Positions 1 to 14,137 of a DNA stretch of 64,000 bases are shown here, piece by piece. Within the stretch, counting starts at the first letter, position 1. Every line of letters begins with the position of its first letter. Made by a program: the position numbers and the translations under genes. The notes beneath the pieces are model-generated. The model saw nothing but the letters and a program-made list of their open reading frames with translations. It searched no databases and was not told where the DNA came from. This stretch comes from Eledone cirrhosa (taxonomy: Eukaryota), in NCBI GenBank assembly GCA_964016885.1, contig OZ024741.1, forward strand, positions 318,432,001-318,496,000, read 5' to 3'.

Positions 1-69
1 TGATGTCGCCCTCTTGAAATTTAATGTCCAAATCTCTGAAAAGTCATGTCTAATGTAGACGAAAATATG

Positions 70-428
70 ACTTCCTGGTTAAAGAGTTCAGTTGGCAACC
101 ACATCGTTTCAGGTTCACTCGTACTACGTGGCATCTCAAGCAGGAGTCTTCTACTATAGCCTCGGGTTGACTAATGCCTCATGAGACGGAAACTGTGAAG
201 AATCCTGTCATATATATTAGATATGTGTGTGTGCGTTTGTTTCCATTTTCGTATTATCGTTACTGTTTATTTATGTCCCGTAACTCGACAATTAGAGAAC
301 GATACAATAAGTACCAGATTTGGGAAAAAAACAACAAAACAAATACTGGGGTCGATATTATCAACTAAAATCTCGTGAAGGTGATGCCACAGCATGACCA
401 CAGTCAAATGACTGACACCAGTAAAAGA
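70..428 (+). mobile_element. Degenerate octopus-type tRNA-derived SINE (OK/OR-like)
   Basis: Decayed tRNA-like head, CTTCTACTATAGCCTCGGG body, and 3' tail GCCACAGCATGACCACAGTCAAATGACTGACACCAGTAAAAGA. Related tails at ~25490-25540 and ~61260-61290. Confidence 0.6.
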
Positions 429-1057
429 GAAAAAAGATGCGTATTCTCTACTCAATCTCATTTAATAAATATACATAAACCTCCGCACCATCACTACCAT
501 TGCCACTACCCACATTCATATATACTTCAATCTATCCAATCCATATATTTTATCTATCTCTCCATATATATATAATGTATCCATCCATATTTGTATCTAT
601 CTATCCATCTATATATATAAATTAAAGAAACCCATTTAAATCTGAGAAAATTTTACATTTCCTCTATTTAAAACTCATTTTCCTTTTCTAAGTTCGATTG
701 TTACTATTTGTTACTTATAGTTTATTTTTGTTTTTGTTTTTATTGTTGTGTTGATTTCTGTCTTCTCGTAGCTTCCATTATAACTCAGTGAATGTAGCTG
801 CTATATAATTGGTGTTTTGTGAAATATCAAAAGACATACTTGATTCACGAACTGAATTTTCCTTTTTAGCTAGCGTTCTAATTAATTGAAAAATGTTGCT
901 TTAGTAGCAGTTGCTGCCATAACGACTAGTAGTGGTTTACTTCTGTAAATTAATTTTAGCATCAAAAATACTAGTTAATAGATTTGAAATTGGTGGTTAG
1001 GTAATTCCGTTCATGATAATAATGGTTTCATTTATTAGCCACAAGGGTCATGATAAT

Positions 1058-1236
1058 AATTGTTTCTACTTTAGGCACAAGGCCAGCAATTACCCAGTGC
1101 ATTACTGGTACTTTATTTTATCGACCCCGTAAGGATGAAAGGCAAAGTCAACCTCGGCGGGATTTGAACTCAGATCGTAAAGGGACGTAACTATGCTGGA
1201 AAGCATGGCGTCCGACCCTCTACCGATACTGCCAAA
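1058..1236 (-). mobile_element. tRNA-derived SINE family 1 (Nin/Deu-domain-like), young copy
   Basis: Minus strand has A box TGGCAGTATCGG, B box GAGTTCAAATCC and core GCCTTTCATCCTTACGGGGTCGATAAAATAAAGTACCAG. Nearly identical to copies at 5259 and 39828. Confidence 0.9.
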
Positions 1237-2083
1237 TGTCGTGAATTCGATTCCCGACTGCGTATTATGTACTTGCGCAAGCCACTTTATGTTGTTCCAA
1301 TCCACTTAACTGTATAAATGGGTGGATCTATAATTTACGATCGTAAGGTTATGAGTTCTATTCCCAGCAGTGCATTGTATCTTTGAATAAGAAGAAAGAC
1401 ACTTTATTTTGCGTTACACCATTAGAAAGTATAATTGCACAGCCAGCTACGAATAATATTTATAAACAAACACCAAGAGACACCCTTCTATCTGCAATGC
1501 TAATCTTTTCAAACTGGCTTTCATAAAATATTCAGGCTATTTCTATTGACGGCAGTTTAGCTAATCCATCATTGAAATGTTAACACTTAACAACAATTAA
1601 AAAAAGTAGAGAATTATGAAGAAACATTAACAATGTCATTTTAGTCTAAAACTATTGATATTGTCAGATTTTTTCTATGAAACAATTCATTTCAAGAACA
1701 TAGAATAATTGACAAAATTGTTGAGTGATTAATTTTTATGAACTGTCTAAACAGAATGTTTATTCAGTGAGAGTTTGTCTCCCCTCCTCCTCATCCCCAT
1801 GTAAAGTAGTTATTTTGTTCCTGAAAATAGATACAATAGTATATGAGAGGAAAAATGTAAAAAGCCGATCGTCAGATCGGACCAAGGAAGAAAAAAGAAA
1901 ATATATGAAATAAAACAATATATTTTATTATCTGGAATGGTGCTGTGTTATAATGAATGCCACTGCGGACCATTTGTTAGCCGTGAAGCATGCATCGGCA
2001 ATCTCTAATCTTTTTATGTATACAAAGAGAATGGCAGATTTTCCACAGCGAGGTTTATAAACTCTAGTTATACTGGCATTAAA

Positions 2084-2217
<134 letters not shown>

Positions 2218-2482
2218 TCTACACGAAGAAAATACGTAATACGACGGCTGCAGCCTGACAACGCCCGTCGCATCATACCAGGAATTGAAGAAAGTTGTCG
2301 TTTTACCCAGTTGAATGTAACTTATGGCTGGTGAGGTATGTTATGGTGGGTAGGGCTGATTGTAGGATTATGATTGGTATTTGCTTGAGTTGGTGAATAG
2401 CTTGGGTTTGGTTTAGATTTGTTTCCGTACTAGTTGAGGCTTATGATGTTTTAATTATATATATAAATTATATGTATAAAGG

Positions 2483-2650
2483 GGCGATGGATTGGCAGTA
2501 TCGGTAGAGGGTCGGACGCAATGTTTTGCAGCATATAGTTACGGCCCTTTACGGCCTGAGTTCAAACCCTGGCGAAGTTAACTTTGCCTTTCATCCTTGC
2601 GGGGTCGATAAAATAAAGCACCAGTAATGTACTGAGTAATTGCTGGCCTT
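2483..2650 (+). mobile_element. SINE family 1 copy
   Basis: GGATTGGCAGTATCGGTAGAGGGTCGGACG...GAGTTCAAACCC...GCCTTTCATCC. Confidence 0.9.
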
Positions 2651-3337
2651 ACTATATATACTATATATATATAAACAATGTATGTGTACCAAATCTACGT
2701 ATGTTTTCAATCAATGATGGACAGCAAAATGAACAGAATCACATAAGTCTCAGATATACGATAACAGCCTGATCACGATAGATTACGTCGATGTATACGA
2801 TCGGACCGGACATACAGCTGCATCAGTAACCTATAAGGCTCTAGTTATTAGGGATAGGCTCTAGTTATTAGGGGATAGACAAAACTAGAAACAAATATAC
2901 AGAATACAACAATCTTTCGACAAAAAGAGATAGTGTAGTGTCAAGAAAAATATTGTCTCATTTTATCGAAAGATTCTCGTTTTAGTCGTTTCTTTATTTT
3001 ATTGTAGTTAGAACTAAAGGTCAAAATATTCCTCTTTCAGCATTTCCCAACCTGCATACTAATGCGAGTTTTATTTACATTCGAAAGAATCTATTTGTCT
3101 TTATTTTTTTTGTTTTTTTTCACGTTACCTTTCTTTGCAGAGGTCTCCTGCTTGTTATAGTTAATTTCGGTAGGTACTTTGTTTTACTTCACACAGTATT
3201 CTTTCTTTTAGTAGGTATGATCCCAGCGTATTCACCGAAACCGAGTTGTTATGCAACCCCAAGTCAGAGGCCGAAGATGCGATCATTGTTTTTGCGTGTC
3301 TGAGTCTCTTATGGTTTTTTCCTCATTGTGCTCATTT

Positions 3338-3382
<45 letters not shown>

Positions 3383-3385
<3 letters not shown>

Positions 3386-3575
3386 CAAAGAAAGTGTGGT
3401 AGGGAACCAGGTGGACCATAATGCACCAGAGTACTCGATACTTAGGGTAGTATATTGGGTAATAGGAAACGAGTCAGGACCCCAACGGCTAAGCTCCGGC
3501 CGTTTCGACAGTGAGTTCGAATTTAGCTGTCAAAACGGCTGGAGCTCAGCCGTCGGGGTCCTGACTCGTTTCCTA
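3383..3575 (-). mobile_element. Penelope-like fold-back element, family B (tail plus inverted arms with hammerhead 3' half)
   Basis: Flanked by (TA)n. 80 nt tail 3383-3462 and inverted arms 3463-3575. Homologous to 22396, 30527 and 41023. Confidence 0.7.
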
Positions 3576-3637
3576 TATATATATATATATATTTTAATAA
3601 ATATATATATATATATAATGTGTGTGTGTAAAATAAT

Positions 3638-3823
3638 AATTGTTTCTATTTTAGGCACAAGGCCAGCAATTATCCAGTACATTACTGGTACTTTATTTTA
3701 TCGACCCCGTAAGGATGAAAGGCAAAGTTAACCTCGGCGGGATTTGAACTCAGAATGGCAAGAGCCGTAACTCTATGCGTCAAAGCATGGCGTCCGACCC
3801 TCTACCGATACTGCCTATCCACC
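3638..3823 (-). mobile_element. SINE family 1 copy
   Basis: Full family consensus; flanked by direct repeat GTGTAAAATAATAAT (target-site duplication). Confidence 0.9.
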
Positions 3824-3948
3824 GTGTAAAATAATAATAGATATAAGAAAGCAAACGACACAGTACATTGAATAAATATATTAGTTTAACGCTTGACATA
3901 GCAGGGAAAGAGTCATATTAATATATATATATATATATACACACACAT

Positions 3949-4035
<87 letters not shown>

Positions 4036-4527
4036 CACAACATTGATGAGAATAAGAACTAATAATTAATTATTAATCAATTATCTCAATGATCAGTAAG
4101 TAATTATTAACTAATTAGCAATATAGAAAAGAGAACGAATCAGCCATCAAGTATAAATGTATATGGCAACGAGATGACATAGATAAAATAAATAGAATTT
4201 AAGAAAACGTGACCTTTGGGCGAATGATTAAACATGGCAAATTGTTAACCGGATGTTACTAAGTGCATATGAAGAGTAACATTACAAGGGAGATAATTGT
4301 GCATATAAAAACACAAATATACACAAGTCTTTATATATGAACATGGCGATTCCATAAACGTACACACAGAAATAGCATGTACGTGGGAACGTAGACACTC
4401 ATATCACCGCATATGTATTGCAAATGAAGAAACACATAACTACAATATATATGTGTGTATATTTTTATATATATGAATACATATATACATACAGACACAC
4501 ACGCGTATGTATGTATGTATGTTTACT

Positions 4528-4865
4528 TGGTGAAGAGAGTGACTTTGAACACCCTGCAGGACAAAAAACAAAACCTGACAAAGGGTGGAAGAGCTCATAA
4601 GAGTCAACGGCCATCCAAAAGTACCACGCGGTTAAACCACTGGGAGTGAAGGACCCCTAGCCTATATCAGGGTATTCTTCTAGGAGAAGGCAACTCAGGA
4701 AACTGGGATAACTCCGATATAAAACCTGCGGCTCAGTAGTTACCGATGATGTTGATATTTTCTTCTTTTCGGGTTATAGCTACTGTCGCTCAGAGAGTGG
4801 GATTGGCTCAGTGCACAGTCTTTCCTCACTTTAAAAAATATCTTCACGCACATGCATTGCACGAT
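4528..4865 (+). mobile_element. Possible RTE-clade LINE 5' UTR fragment
   Basis: More GC-rich non-coding block between microsatellites; GGATTGGCTCAGTGCACAGTCTTTCCTCACTTTAAA resembles RTE 5' UTRs (recall only). Confidence 0.3.
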
Positions 4866-5051
4866 AGAATTAATTAATAATTATTAATAATGGTATAACG
4901 TGCGATGGCCATACTCGATAACGAGGGGGCAGCCATCATCATGTATGTATGTATGTATGTATGTGTGTGCATATATATATATGTGTAAATACAATAATAG
5001 TAAATCCATGGGTGTTGGCAGAATTTATTTTGCTTATTACTCTTGTGTCTG

Positions 5052-5091
<40 letters not shown>

Positions 5092-5127
5092 TGTGCGCGC
5101 ATGTGCGCGCGCGAATGTGTGTGTGTT

Positions 5128-5205
<78 letters not shown>

Positions 5206-5258
5206 AGTGAGTGTACAGACATACAAATATACATATATATATATACATATATATATAA

Positions 5259-5434
5259 CTGTTTCTACTTTAGGCACAAGGCCAGCAATTACCCAGTGTA
5301 TTACTGGTACTTTATTTTATCGACCCCGTAAGGATGAAAGGCAAAGTCAACCTCGGCGGGATTTGAACTCAGATCGTAAAGGGACGTAACTATGCTGGAA
5401 AGCATGGCGTCCGACCCTCTACCGATACTGCCAA
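5259..5434 (-). mobile_element. SINE family 1, young copy
   Basis: Near-identical to 1058-1236. Confidence 0.9.
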
Positions 5435-5499
5435 TATATACATATAACACACATACATAGTAGAAGCCAACTCGTCTCCGAAAAAAAAACACACACACA

Positions 5500-5830
5500 G
5501 TGGCAAAATCGTTTTATTGATGTTGCTGTCGTTTGATGCTGTGCATAGATGGCTCAACAAACGAGGAAGTGACTTAGATCTCATACCACACAGTGTGCAG
5601 CTAAATTTTCCGCCTATTTGAGTTTGAATGGTGTGTCATGTTTTGTGATGCCGTGTTAGCCCACCTGCAAAGTAACATACTTTGGTACAGACACCACATG
5701 TAAAATCAAAGGTATTATTTCCATTATTATGACTTAGTAGTCCAGTCTTTGACATACATACATGTCCACATCCTTCACAAGTAAAAGTCTCATTTGAACA
5801 CCCTTTCTGGGAGTGGACTACCATCCTCCA
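5500..5830 (-). mobile_element. RTE/BovB-type LINE C-terminal fragment with zinc-finger motifs
   Basis: FTCEGCGHVCMSKTGLLSH, FTCGVCTKVCYFAGGLTRHH and FSCTLCGMRSKSLPRLLSH match the CxxC...GLxSH end of RTE ORFs. Confidence 0.6.
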
Positions 5831-6013
5831 TACAAAACAGATAAATATATGACTATGATAAAAAAAAATAAATATATTAAAAATGAATTAATTCACTACG
5901 CGTTCATTTGACTGAAATGTTCCATAGTATTACCCAAGCCCAATTACTCTAACTATAGTATTATAGCGTTCTCACGCTTTATCTTTCTATTTATCTTCTA
6001 TTTCCAACTCTAT

Positions 6014-6048
6014 TTTCTGATGAAGGACTAATGTTTGAAACGTTAAGA
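6014..6048 (+). ncRNA. Degenerate minimal type-I hammerhead motif in a Penelope-like pLTR fragment (~5930-6131)
   Basis: TTT-CTGATGA-A-GGAC-TAAT-GTTT-GAAA-CGT-TA-AGA. Downstream TCAAGCGTTAAACTAA recurs at 16494 and 22627 next to (TA)n. Confidence 0.55.
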
Positions 6049-6127
6049 CTCTTTTCCTGCTATTTCAAGCGTTAAACTAATTTTTTTTCGGTGTACTATT
6101 TCGTTTGCTTTGTTATTTCTGTTTACC

Positions 6128-6275
<148 letters not shown>

Positions 6276-7109
6276 GACTGACTAACTATACTAAAACTGC
6301 CAATTAATTAAACCAACACGACTAAACAAGTAACACTTCTATGCTAAGATGGCGAATTAACTAACCCAACAGGACAAAAAAAACTAACACAACACTAATA
6401 GTTATATACTACACAATTGACTAACTAATGTAAACCAACACAACTTCAACTAAACTAATATGACCACACAGATACACACTCACACTTTGACACATACACG
6501 CAGACACATACACGCATACACATACACACATACACATACATGCAGAAGCATACAACCACCACCACGACTGCCATCACCAACACCAGCACCACAGCACGAC
6601 ATCATAGAGATCTTTGAAACTACCCTAACCTCTTCTTCCAGTGCTAACTGACCCTGGTTCCCTCTTTCTGTGATATATTCACCACCCTACTTGTTCACTC
6701 TTAGTCTGCTACACACCCATTTCCACCACCCATTCCTCCTATCTGGCCACTTCCTGAAATAGCACAGACAACAGACCACTGCACACCATCCGATCGTACA
6801 TTTTGATCACAACTCTAGATACTATACACCTCTCTCTTCTCATTTCGTAACCCCCCCCCCCCACACACACACATAGACACACACATACACGGATAACAAA
6901 CAGTTATATAAGCTTGTGCATAGGCATACATAATCACATTCACATACACATATTAATAATCGCATAAACTCACCCAGACGGACGTGTGACGGACGGACGG
7001 AAGTCGGTCAAAGTTATATATAGATGAAATATATCAAACTTAATTGAGATAGAAACCTCTATTACCAACCCTACTGACAAGAAAAGTGAAAAGTGTATCA
7101 TAGATTATA

Positions 7110-7325
7110 TCTAATTTAGGCACAAAGCCAACAATCTAGGGAGAGGTTAAAGTCAATTACATTGGTCCCAGTATGTGACTGGTACTTTATTTTATTGACC
7201 CTAGAAGGAAGGATGTAGAGCAAAGTTGATCTCGGTAGGATTTGAATTCAGAAAGTATAAGGCCGTAACTAAATGCCACAAATAATGTTATCCGACGCTC
7301 TAACGACTCTGCCAATCCTCTGCCC
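7110..7325 (-). mobile_element. SINE family 1, older long variant
   Basis: Diverged core GGTACTTTATTTTATTGACC...GGATTTGAATTCAG with extra 3' segment. Confidence 0.75.
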
Positions 7326-10300
7326 TACGAGAGGTATATGATTAATAAAATCAATCAATCTTTCTCAGATATTGACCTAATTCCTGAATGTTATTCTGTC
7401 AAACTCTGTATTCTGCTCTTCTGAAAAGACAATCCGGCATCTATGAGTATGTCCATCATATAGTCCACATTCACTTTGATATTCCGGTAGACATTGTTAA
7501 ATACATGATTCAATAATGTAACAACAACATAACATCTATACAGTATTTGCTCTCTTTGCTACTTATCACCTTCCTTACTTCTGAAACGGATGACTGTCTA
7601 CTTATGAGGCAATAACTAAATTGATTTCATGTTAGCAATCATTTGTACAAACCATTTGAAAGTATTATTAGATTCTTTCTGTAGTTTTAGTAGTAAATGA
7701 TAAGAAAGAAACAGTAACATTCGACTTTTTAGTTCAAGCAGTACAGTATATCATGATTATCTTGAAGAGCTGAGAAAGCTGGAGTTCTTCTCTAACAGTC
7801 TGCTGCTAGCTAAGTGGATCTGATTCTTCGTATGCCATATCTGACATATACTAATTTCAATGTATTTCAATTGTTATTAGCATAGATTTCAATTCGACTC
7901 ACGTTTCTAATTTAGGCTACATTCAGAGCCAATGCCCAGCTATTTAACGCCCTGGGTTAGCCCTACACTGTATACATTGAAATTTAGCACGCAGAGCTAA
8001 GATCTACAATGTGTACCTGAGTATTTAGTGCTCTAGGCTAGCTCTACAATGCCATATATTCTCCCAAATAAAATGTTTTCAACTTACAGTTTGGTAAGCC
8101 GATGAACCTAGTGTTCGATATTTCTTACTCAGACAACACTAAGAAAATTACTAAGCCTGTATTTTCCACTACACAGTCCACATTTACCCATACCAACTCC
8201 TATTACATGTCATAAGACCCTCTCCACCACTTTGGATATTTCCACAATGCTACTACGTGGCAAAGATGTTTAGGGATTTATTTATTCATCGCAGGAAATT
8301 ATATAATTTATTTGATCATACAAATATATATGCAATTGTGGTCCTTTAAAGTCCAGTCATTCTTTTCTCTTAGGTCTGCGCTCTAAGCAGCGGATTAGTC
8401 AGTCTTAAATAGAAACGCGAGTCCAGGAAATATTTAGCAGTTGTATATCACAAAATGGACACAGGCATGATTGAGGGGTTAATAAGTTTAGTTTACAGTC
8501 ATAAGGTACCGAGCTAGATCCACCGCGTGGGCATCTTGAGCAAGTATCTTTACCATAGTATAAGGAATTAAGAAGAAGGAAATTGTGCAGAAACTTGTCG
8601 GATGGATTGTCCAGGTTTGCCCCTTGGAGAAATACCTCCCATGTATAACAGAGGTCTTAGATAAACTTATCCATATTTAGATTTAATGTGTATGGTGAAT
8701 GGTGCATGGTTCTGTAACTCTTTGGGGAGTCGTAGGGGTGCGTAGTGACATACAGCGTTTCTTGGTCATTTTAAAACCTGGCGAAACCCACCCCTCCCAG
8801 CTCTGAATACAGCAGATTTCTTCCAGAGATAGAGAGAGAGAATGGAAGTGAGAAAAAAACACAGAGAAAGAATCGGCCCCAGTACTAGACAGGTATTTAT
8901 TTCATCGACCTTGAATGGATGAAAGGCAAAGTTACCATATATTTAGATTTAATAATAAATATAAAAGACAAATTTCGTTAATTTACGGAAATTAGGATTA
9001 AACAAATAATTGAAACCTTTGTTATTTTATTTATGTTTGTTATATATATTCATATATATATATAGTTATTTTCTACTACAACGTAAATAACATTAAAAAA
9101 CAAGGGTATGTTATCAGATTTTCTCAACTATTATTTATAGTGAAACAGTCAGTTTCAACCTTTGAGACCTTCAACATTTTAAATTCCTCCCACCGCTTCG
9201 TAAAGAAGATCATTTAGAATATATAATCATGTCACTGAAAATAATTATAGTGGATGTGTGAATTTTATACTAGCATATATTTAAAAGATAATTATACTCT
9301 CCCTAAAATTGTTTGCATGAGCATCAAAATATTGTCAAGCAATTTATGCGGGAGTTTATTAATATCTATTGCATTGTTTCATATTTTTTGTCAGAATATT
9401 CTAACCAGCTTTAGCTAGCAGGGCAATATGTATCAGTACTTACTCGGGAAGGGTAAAACCAATGTGACGAGATAACAACATCAGCAACACAGCTAAACTG
9501 AAACTCGTGCCTGTTATAAACTGAAACTCGTGCCATCTTTTTATATGCCTGCAAAATGTGGACGCTCACAGCGGAAAATAGTGGAAAATACTGACGTTTG
9601 AAATGAGTTTTGCTATCGAAAAGTTATGGGCGTTTCCTACACGGAACACTTAAACATCAAACGCATTCGCAGAATATTTACTTGAGACAAGCAAGTGTGT
9701 TGTCAAAGGAAAAGGTAATTTTTTTTTTACAATTCACTCCCTCTCAAGTTCGTACATCTCACCGCAAAATAATTATACCAGTCAACTGTAAAACCCTCTA
9801 ACAGTGGGATTATGAATTATCTCCCTATATATTTCAACCTCTCTCCCTTTCCTCTCTCTCCATCTATCTATCTATCTATTTCTATCTCACGTTCTCTCTC
9901 ACTAAAAATCCAGCTTTTTTTCGAAAATGTCAAAGGCGATGAAGGACAGACGTAAACGACCAACTCAATTATTATTTTAAGCTTTCTTCTCTTCTCAGTA
10001 ATTAGACGATTTTTGTGCAGACTTTTGGAACAGCTGGTCCCCCCCCCCCCGTCACAGTGTGTCATGTATGACGGTAGTGGTCTCTCACAGACAGAAATGT
10101 TCTTACAAAGGATTCGACCAAAACATTTTTCGTACAATTTTCCGCCGAGAAAATCTCCACTTAGACTGGGAGATTCCTGTGAGGCTTCTCCAGCAGATCA
10201 TACACCAATCGGACACACAATAGCAGTGATCTTATTCACGATACGAACACCAACTATTACTGAGAGACTTATAAAGAACTCTTAAACTTGATATTTCATG

Positions 10301-11094
10301 ATGCGAATACTGTAATATTACTGAGAGATTTATAAAAATCACTTAAACATTATTCACGATACGAACCCAAAATAATTTCGAAAGACTTAAATAGAACCCC
10401 AAACTTGATAAAAGAAGTAATATATAGGTACACATTTGAAAAATTGTTCCTTTATAAAAGTAATCTAAACCATTTCATAAAACAGTAACAGAAGAATCTT
10501 TAGAATGTCACGAAGAAGTAACAAACTTTACTGACAAAGCCTATGGGAATTCTTCTTTTTTGTTTTGTTTTATTGGGGGGAACCCTAAAAATATTTTAGT
10601 AACCCCTCTTGGTTCACATGAACCGAGTTTAGAAACAACTCATCTATGGCATAAAGTCATTAAAACGTTTGTTGTATATCTTTCCAATTGCTTTTGCAAC
10701 CCTTGTTTCATAAGAATTCTTTAGATTTTCTCAAAGATAATGTTCGACAATGTAATGTTTTTACTTCGTCAATTCCAATACTTTGACTTTGAACCAAACA
10801 AAATATTGAAATTATCTTTCGTGCAACCTCTCACCTTTAAATCTAGGAACGATACAGAGAGTAAACGTAATGCAACATTTATTAGGTTTCTATTTAGCAT
10901 TTTAGAATTTTTCTTTTCCACAAAATTGATTTCTAACATCAAGCTAATTAAATTTCCACAGTATTAAACATTCAAAATTATACTGGAGGTAGTCAGAGTA
11001 ATTATACCTGCTCCTCTGACTAATGAATGACCTCCAAGAATCATTAATTCGTTCAAAGGGCAAACGATTTTGTTACCGTGTTATTATAACTGAA

Positions 11095-11420
11095 GATGTG
11101 TGGCTTAATAATCAAATTGTTCGGCTTCGGCTCACGATCGTAAGGTCGTGAGTTCGTGTCCCAAATCATCAGCGCGTTGTGTATTTGAGCAAAACTGTTT
11201 TATTTTACGTTGCTCTAGTCCACCCAACTAGAAAAAATTAGTTGTACTTTGAATTTGTTATTCAAAGTACCAACGTTCTCAAAGTGTGTCAAGCTGAATT
11301 TCATCGCTGAGAAGTACATGAAGGTCGTGCGTGTCAATGAAATGCCCAGCCACTCGCACGTGAATTTATTTTTGTGGAGAGAGGAGGCAGGCTATTCCAT
11401 TGAACGAACAAATGGATCAA
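11095..11420 (+). mobile_element. tRNA-derived SINE family 2 (CORE-like)
   Basis: CGGCTCACGATCGTAAGGTCGTGAGTTCG head and TTGAGCAAAAC CORE-like motif; homologous to 35098. Confidence 0.75.
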
Positions 11421-11439
11421 CATTATAACTACAGACTTA

Positions 11440-11620
11440 TGGGCGGCGGATTGGCAGTATCGGTAGAGAGTCGGACGCCATGCTTTCCAGTATAGTTACG
11501 TCCCTTTACGGTCTGAGTTCAAATCCCGCCGAGATTAACTTTGCTTTTCATCCTCGATAAAATAAAGTACCAGTAATGTACTGGTTAATTGCTGGTCTTG
11601 GGCCAAAAGTAGAAACAATT
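11440..11620 (+). mobile_element. SINE family 1 copy
   Basis: A and B boxes plus core with a small internal deletion. Confidence 0.9.
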
Positions 11621-11625
11621 ATAGT

Positions 11626-12640
11626 TTTAGTGACTGAGCATTTCACAGGCACGTGTACCTTAAACATAACCCTCAGGGAGATCCAGAATGACACAGTATA
11701 TGACACGGCTGGACCTCTAAATTGTAAATATAGTTCATCTTTTATTATGGTTTAAGTGACTGAGCATTCTACAAATACGTGTGTCTTTAATGTAATTCTC
11801 AGGGAGATTCGGCGTGACACAGTGTTTCCGAAAACCGACATTTTGATTTATTGTGTTGGTATCATGAAATGACAAGTTTAAGGGGTTTTATAAGTCTCCC
11901 AGTAATATTTGAGGTTCGTATCGTGAAACAATTTGCAGACTACTACTATAGTGTGTCCAATCGATGCTTGATCTGCTAGACTAATCTCAGGGGGAAATAA
12001 ACCCTAACAACAATCAAATGTAAAATATTGGTAAAGGCTTCAATAGTTGCCTCTTCAATATTTCAATTACTGTTTAAATTATTATGACTACAAGGCTACT
12101 AGTTACAGATATTCTACTGGTCACGCTGAACCACCATGGGAGCTATGTTAAAGGTGCCTGGGTCTGTGGAATAATCAGCCACTCACTGTATAATACAATA
12201 TACACAGTGCCTGTAATTCAAATGGTCAGTTTTGGCAAACACTGTGTCACGCCGAATTTCCCTGAGAATTACGTTAAAGATACACGTACTTGTAGAATGA
12301 TCAGTCACTTAAACTATAATACAAGATGGACTGTACTTACTATTTAAAGATCCAGCCTTGTCATATACAGTGTCATTCTGAATCTCCCTGAGGATTACGT
12401 TTAAGGTACTCGTGCCTGTGGAATGCTCAGTACTTAATCTGTAATAGATGAACAATACCCGTAATCTAAAGGTTCAGCATTGTTGTACTGCGTGTCATGC
12501 TCAATCTCCTTGAGAATTACGTTAACGGTTCACGTGTCTGTGGAATACTCAACCACTTGCACGTTGATTTCACGAGCAGACTGTTCTGTTGATGGAACAA
12601 CTGGAACAATAATCGTCTGAATTGACGGGGGTCCATTCCA
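11626..12640. repeat. Tandem ~125 bp units from the SINE family 2 body, arranged as inverted arrays
   Basis: Two minus-strand units 11630-11850 mirror plus-strand units 12215-12432; about four plus units in 12100-12630. Confidence 0.7.
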
Positions 12641-13324
12641 ATTAGAATTCCAAATCACGTCACACTTTAAAGTGCGAGAATGCAGCACCATTAGTTAACC
12701 CACACTTTTAGATAACTTTACTTTTACGAATGTTTCTTAACAATAAAATTATTCTTGGTAATTTAATATCAAAGCACTTATCCTTATTAGATATGAACTA
12801 TGATTAACTTTAGTTTATATGAATGAAACTTTCTTCTGATCGGGAAGTCACATATCTTGTTGTGCAGTAGTTACTCTACCAGGAACTTATAACAGTTCAT
12901 ATGAGATATGAATTGAAGGTTTAACAGTTGTCATGGTCTATTAACTCTTCTGCTGTTGACATTATAGTGGTTGTTTGCATGGTTGGCGCACTAACCCAAT
13001 TATGTTACTATTATTGCATATATTAATGGGTATTAATGTTTGAAAGCTACCCAATAAACATGGCGGTGGATTGTTATATTAGTTAAACATCTAAAGGATG
13101 CTGCTCTCAAGTGTTGAAGATAAGAAAATAAGCATTAGAGAATCAGAATAAATTTAAACTCATGACCGAGAATACATAGCTACTAAAGACTGGGAATTTG
13201 AGCTACTACTGAGAGATTAGCTACTTTTTTTTAATAACATTAGATGCTGACTTATAATTACACAAAAATACTTCGTTTTGCAGCATTCTTGATGAGAGAT
13301 CATACGTTGAAACATATAATGATG

Positions 13325-13670
13325 TATGTTGAGGGCATACTGTTAACCAAAACACGCGCACCAGTTGTTTTCTAGTTTAGTTTTATTATTCAGGTTATAT
13401 TCAAATAATTAATACATCAATCAATTATTTAATTAAGTAATTTAGGACATGATATCCTGAAAGAGGAAAACAAAGAAAAACGATGGACTAAATGAGAATG
13501 AAGAGTCAACGAGCAATAGTAATCTAGAATGTCAAAGATTGTGACAAAAGGACGTTAGCAACTAATTAATTAGCTGATTTATCAACTAATTGGAGGATTA
13601 ATTACCTGAAATAAATTGAAGTAAAAATTAACCGATGTTTGTGTTTTGAATTGCAGCATAGCTCTTCAAA
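13325..13670. mobile_element. Old degenerate fold-back related to the 21839-22368 palindrome
   Basis: Left end GAGGGCATACTG...AAACACGCGCACCAGTTG and right end AATAAATTGAAGTAAAA...GCAGCATAGCTCTTCAAA resemble the 530 bp palindrome termini. Confidence 0.5.
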
Positions 13671-13764
13671 AATACAACACAAAATTATGTTGTTCAATAT
13701 TTCCCCCTGAAATAGCAGAAGCGAAGAAGGTCTTATATATCCATGGCTATTATTATAACGTCCT

Positions 13765-14105
13765 CCAGCATAGTTACGTCCCTTAACGATCTGAGTTCAA
13801 ATCCCGCTGGGGTTGACTTTGCCTTTCATCCTTACGGGGTCGATAAAATAAAGTACCAGTAATGCACTGGGTAATTGCTGGCCTTGTGCCTAAAAGTATA
13901 AACAATTATTATATACCATGAAATACACTAATTATATTTGCAGCAAAGAGTTACAGCCCTTTACGATCAGAGTTCAAATCCCGCCGAGGTTAACTTTGCC
14001 TTTCATCCTTACGGGGTCGATAAAATAAAGTACCAGTAACGCACTGGGGTCGACTTTCCCCCTCCCCTTCAAATTGCTGGCCTTATGCCTAAAGTAGAAA
14101 CAATT
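13765..14105 (+). mobile_element. Two adjacent 5'-truncated SINE family 1 copies (short and long variants)
   Basis: Cores at 13765-13908 and 13940-14105. Confidence 0.85.
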
Positions 14106-14137
14106 ATATATTGTATATATGCACACATATATACGTA

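Noticed and set aside
1855-1890. GGTCCGATCTGACGA (minus strand; related at 61370-61460) as a hammerhead
   Set aside because: Dispersed repeat with the 5' core only; no GAAA or stem found downstream
3125-3180. Possible plus-strand micro-exon (TTTCTTTGCAG...GTAGGT)
   Set aside because: Splice-like motifs alone, with no coding support
9868-10285. Candidate exons of the minus-strand gene
   Set aside because: No recognisable protein similarity or clear splice pair
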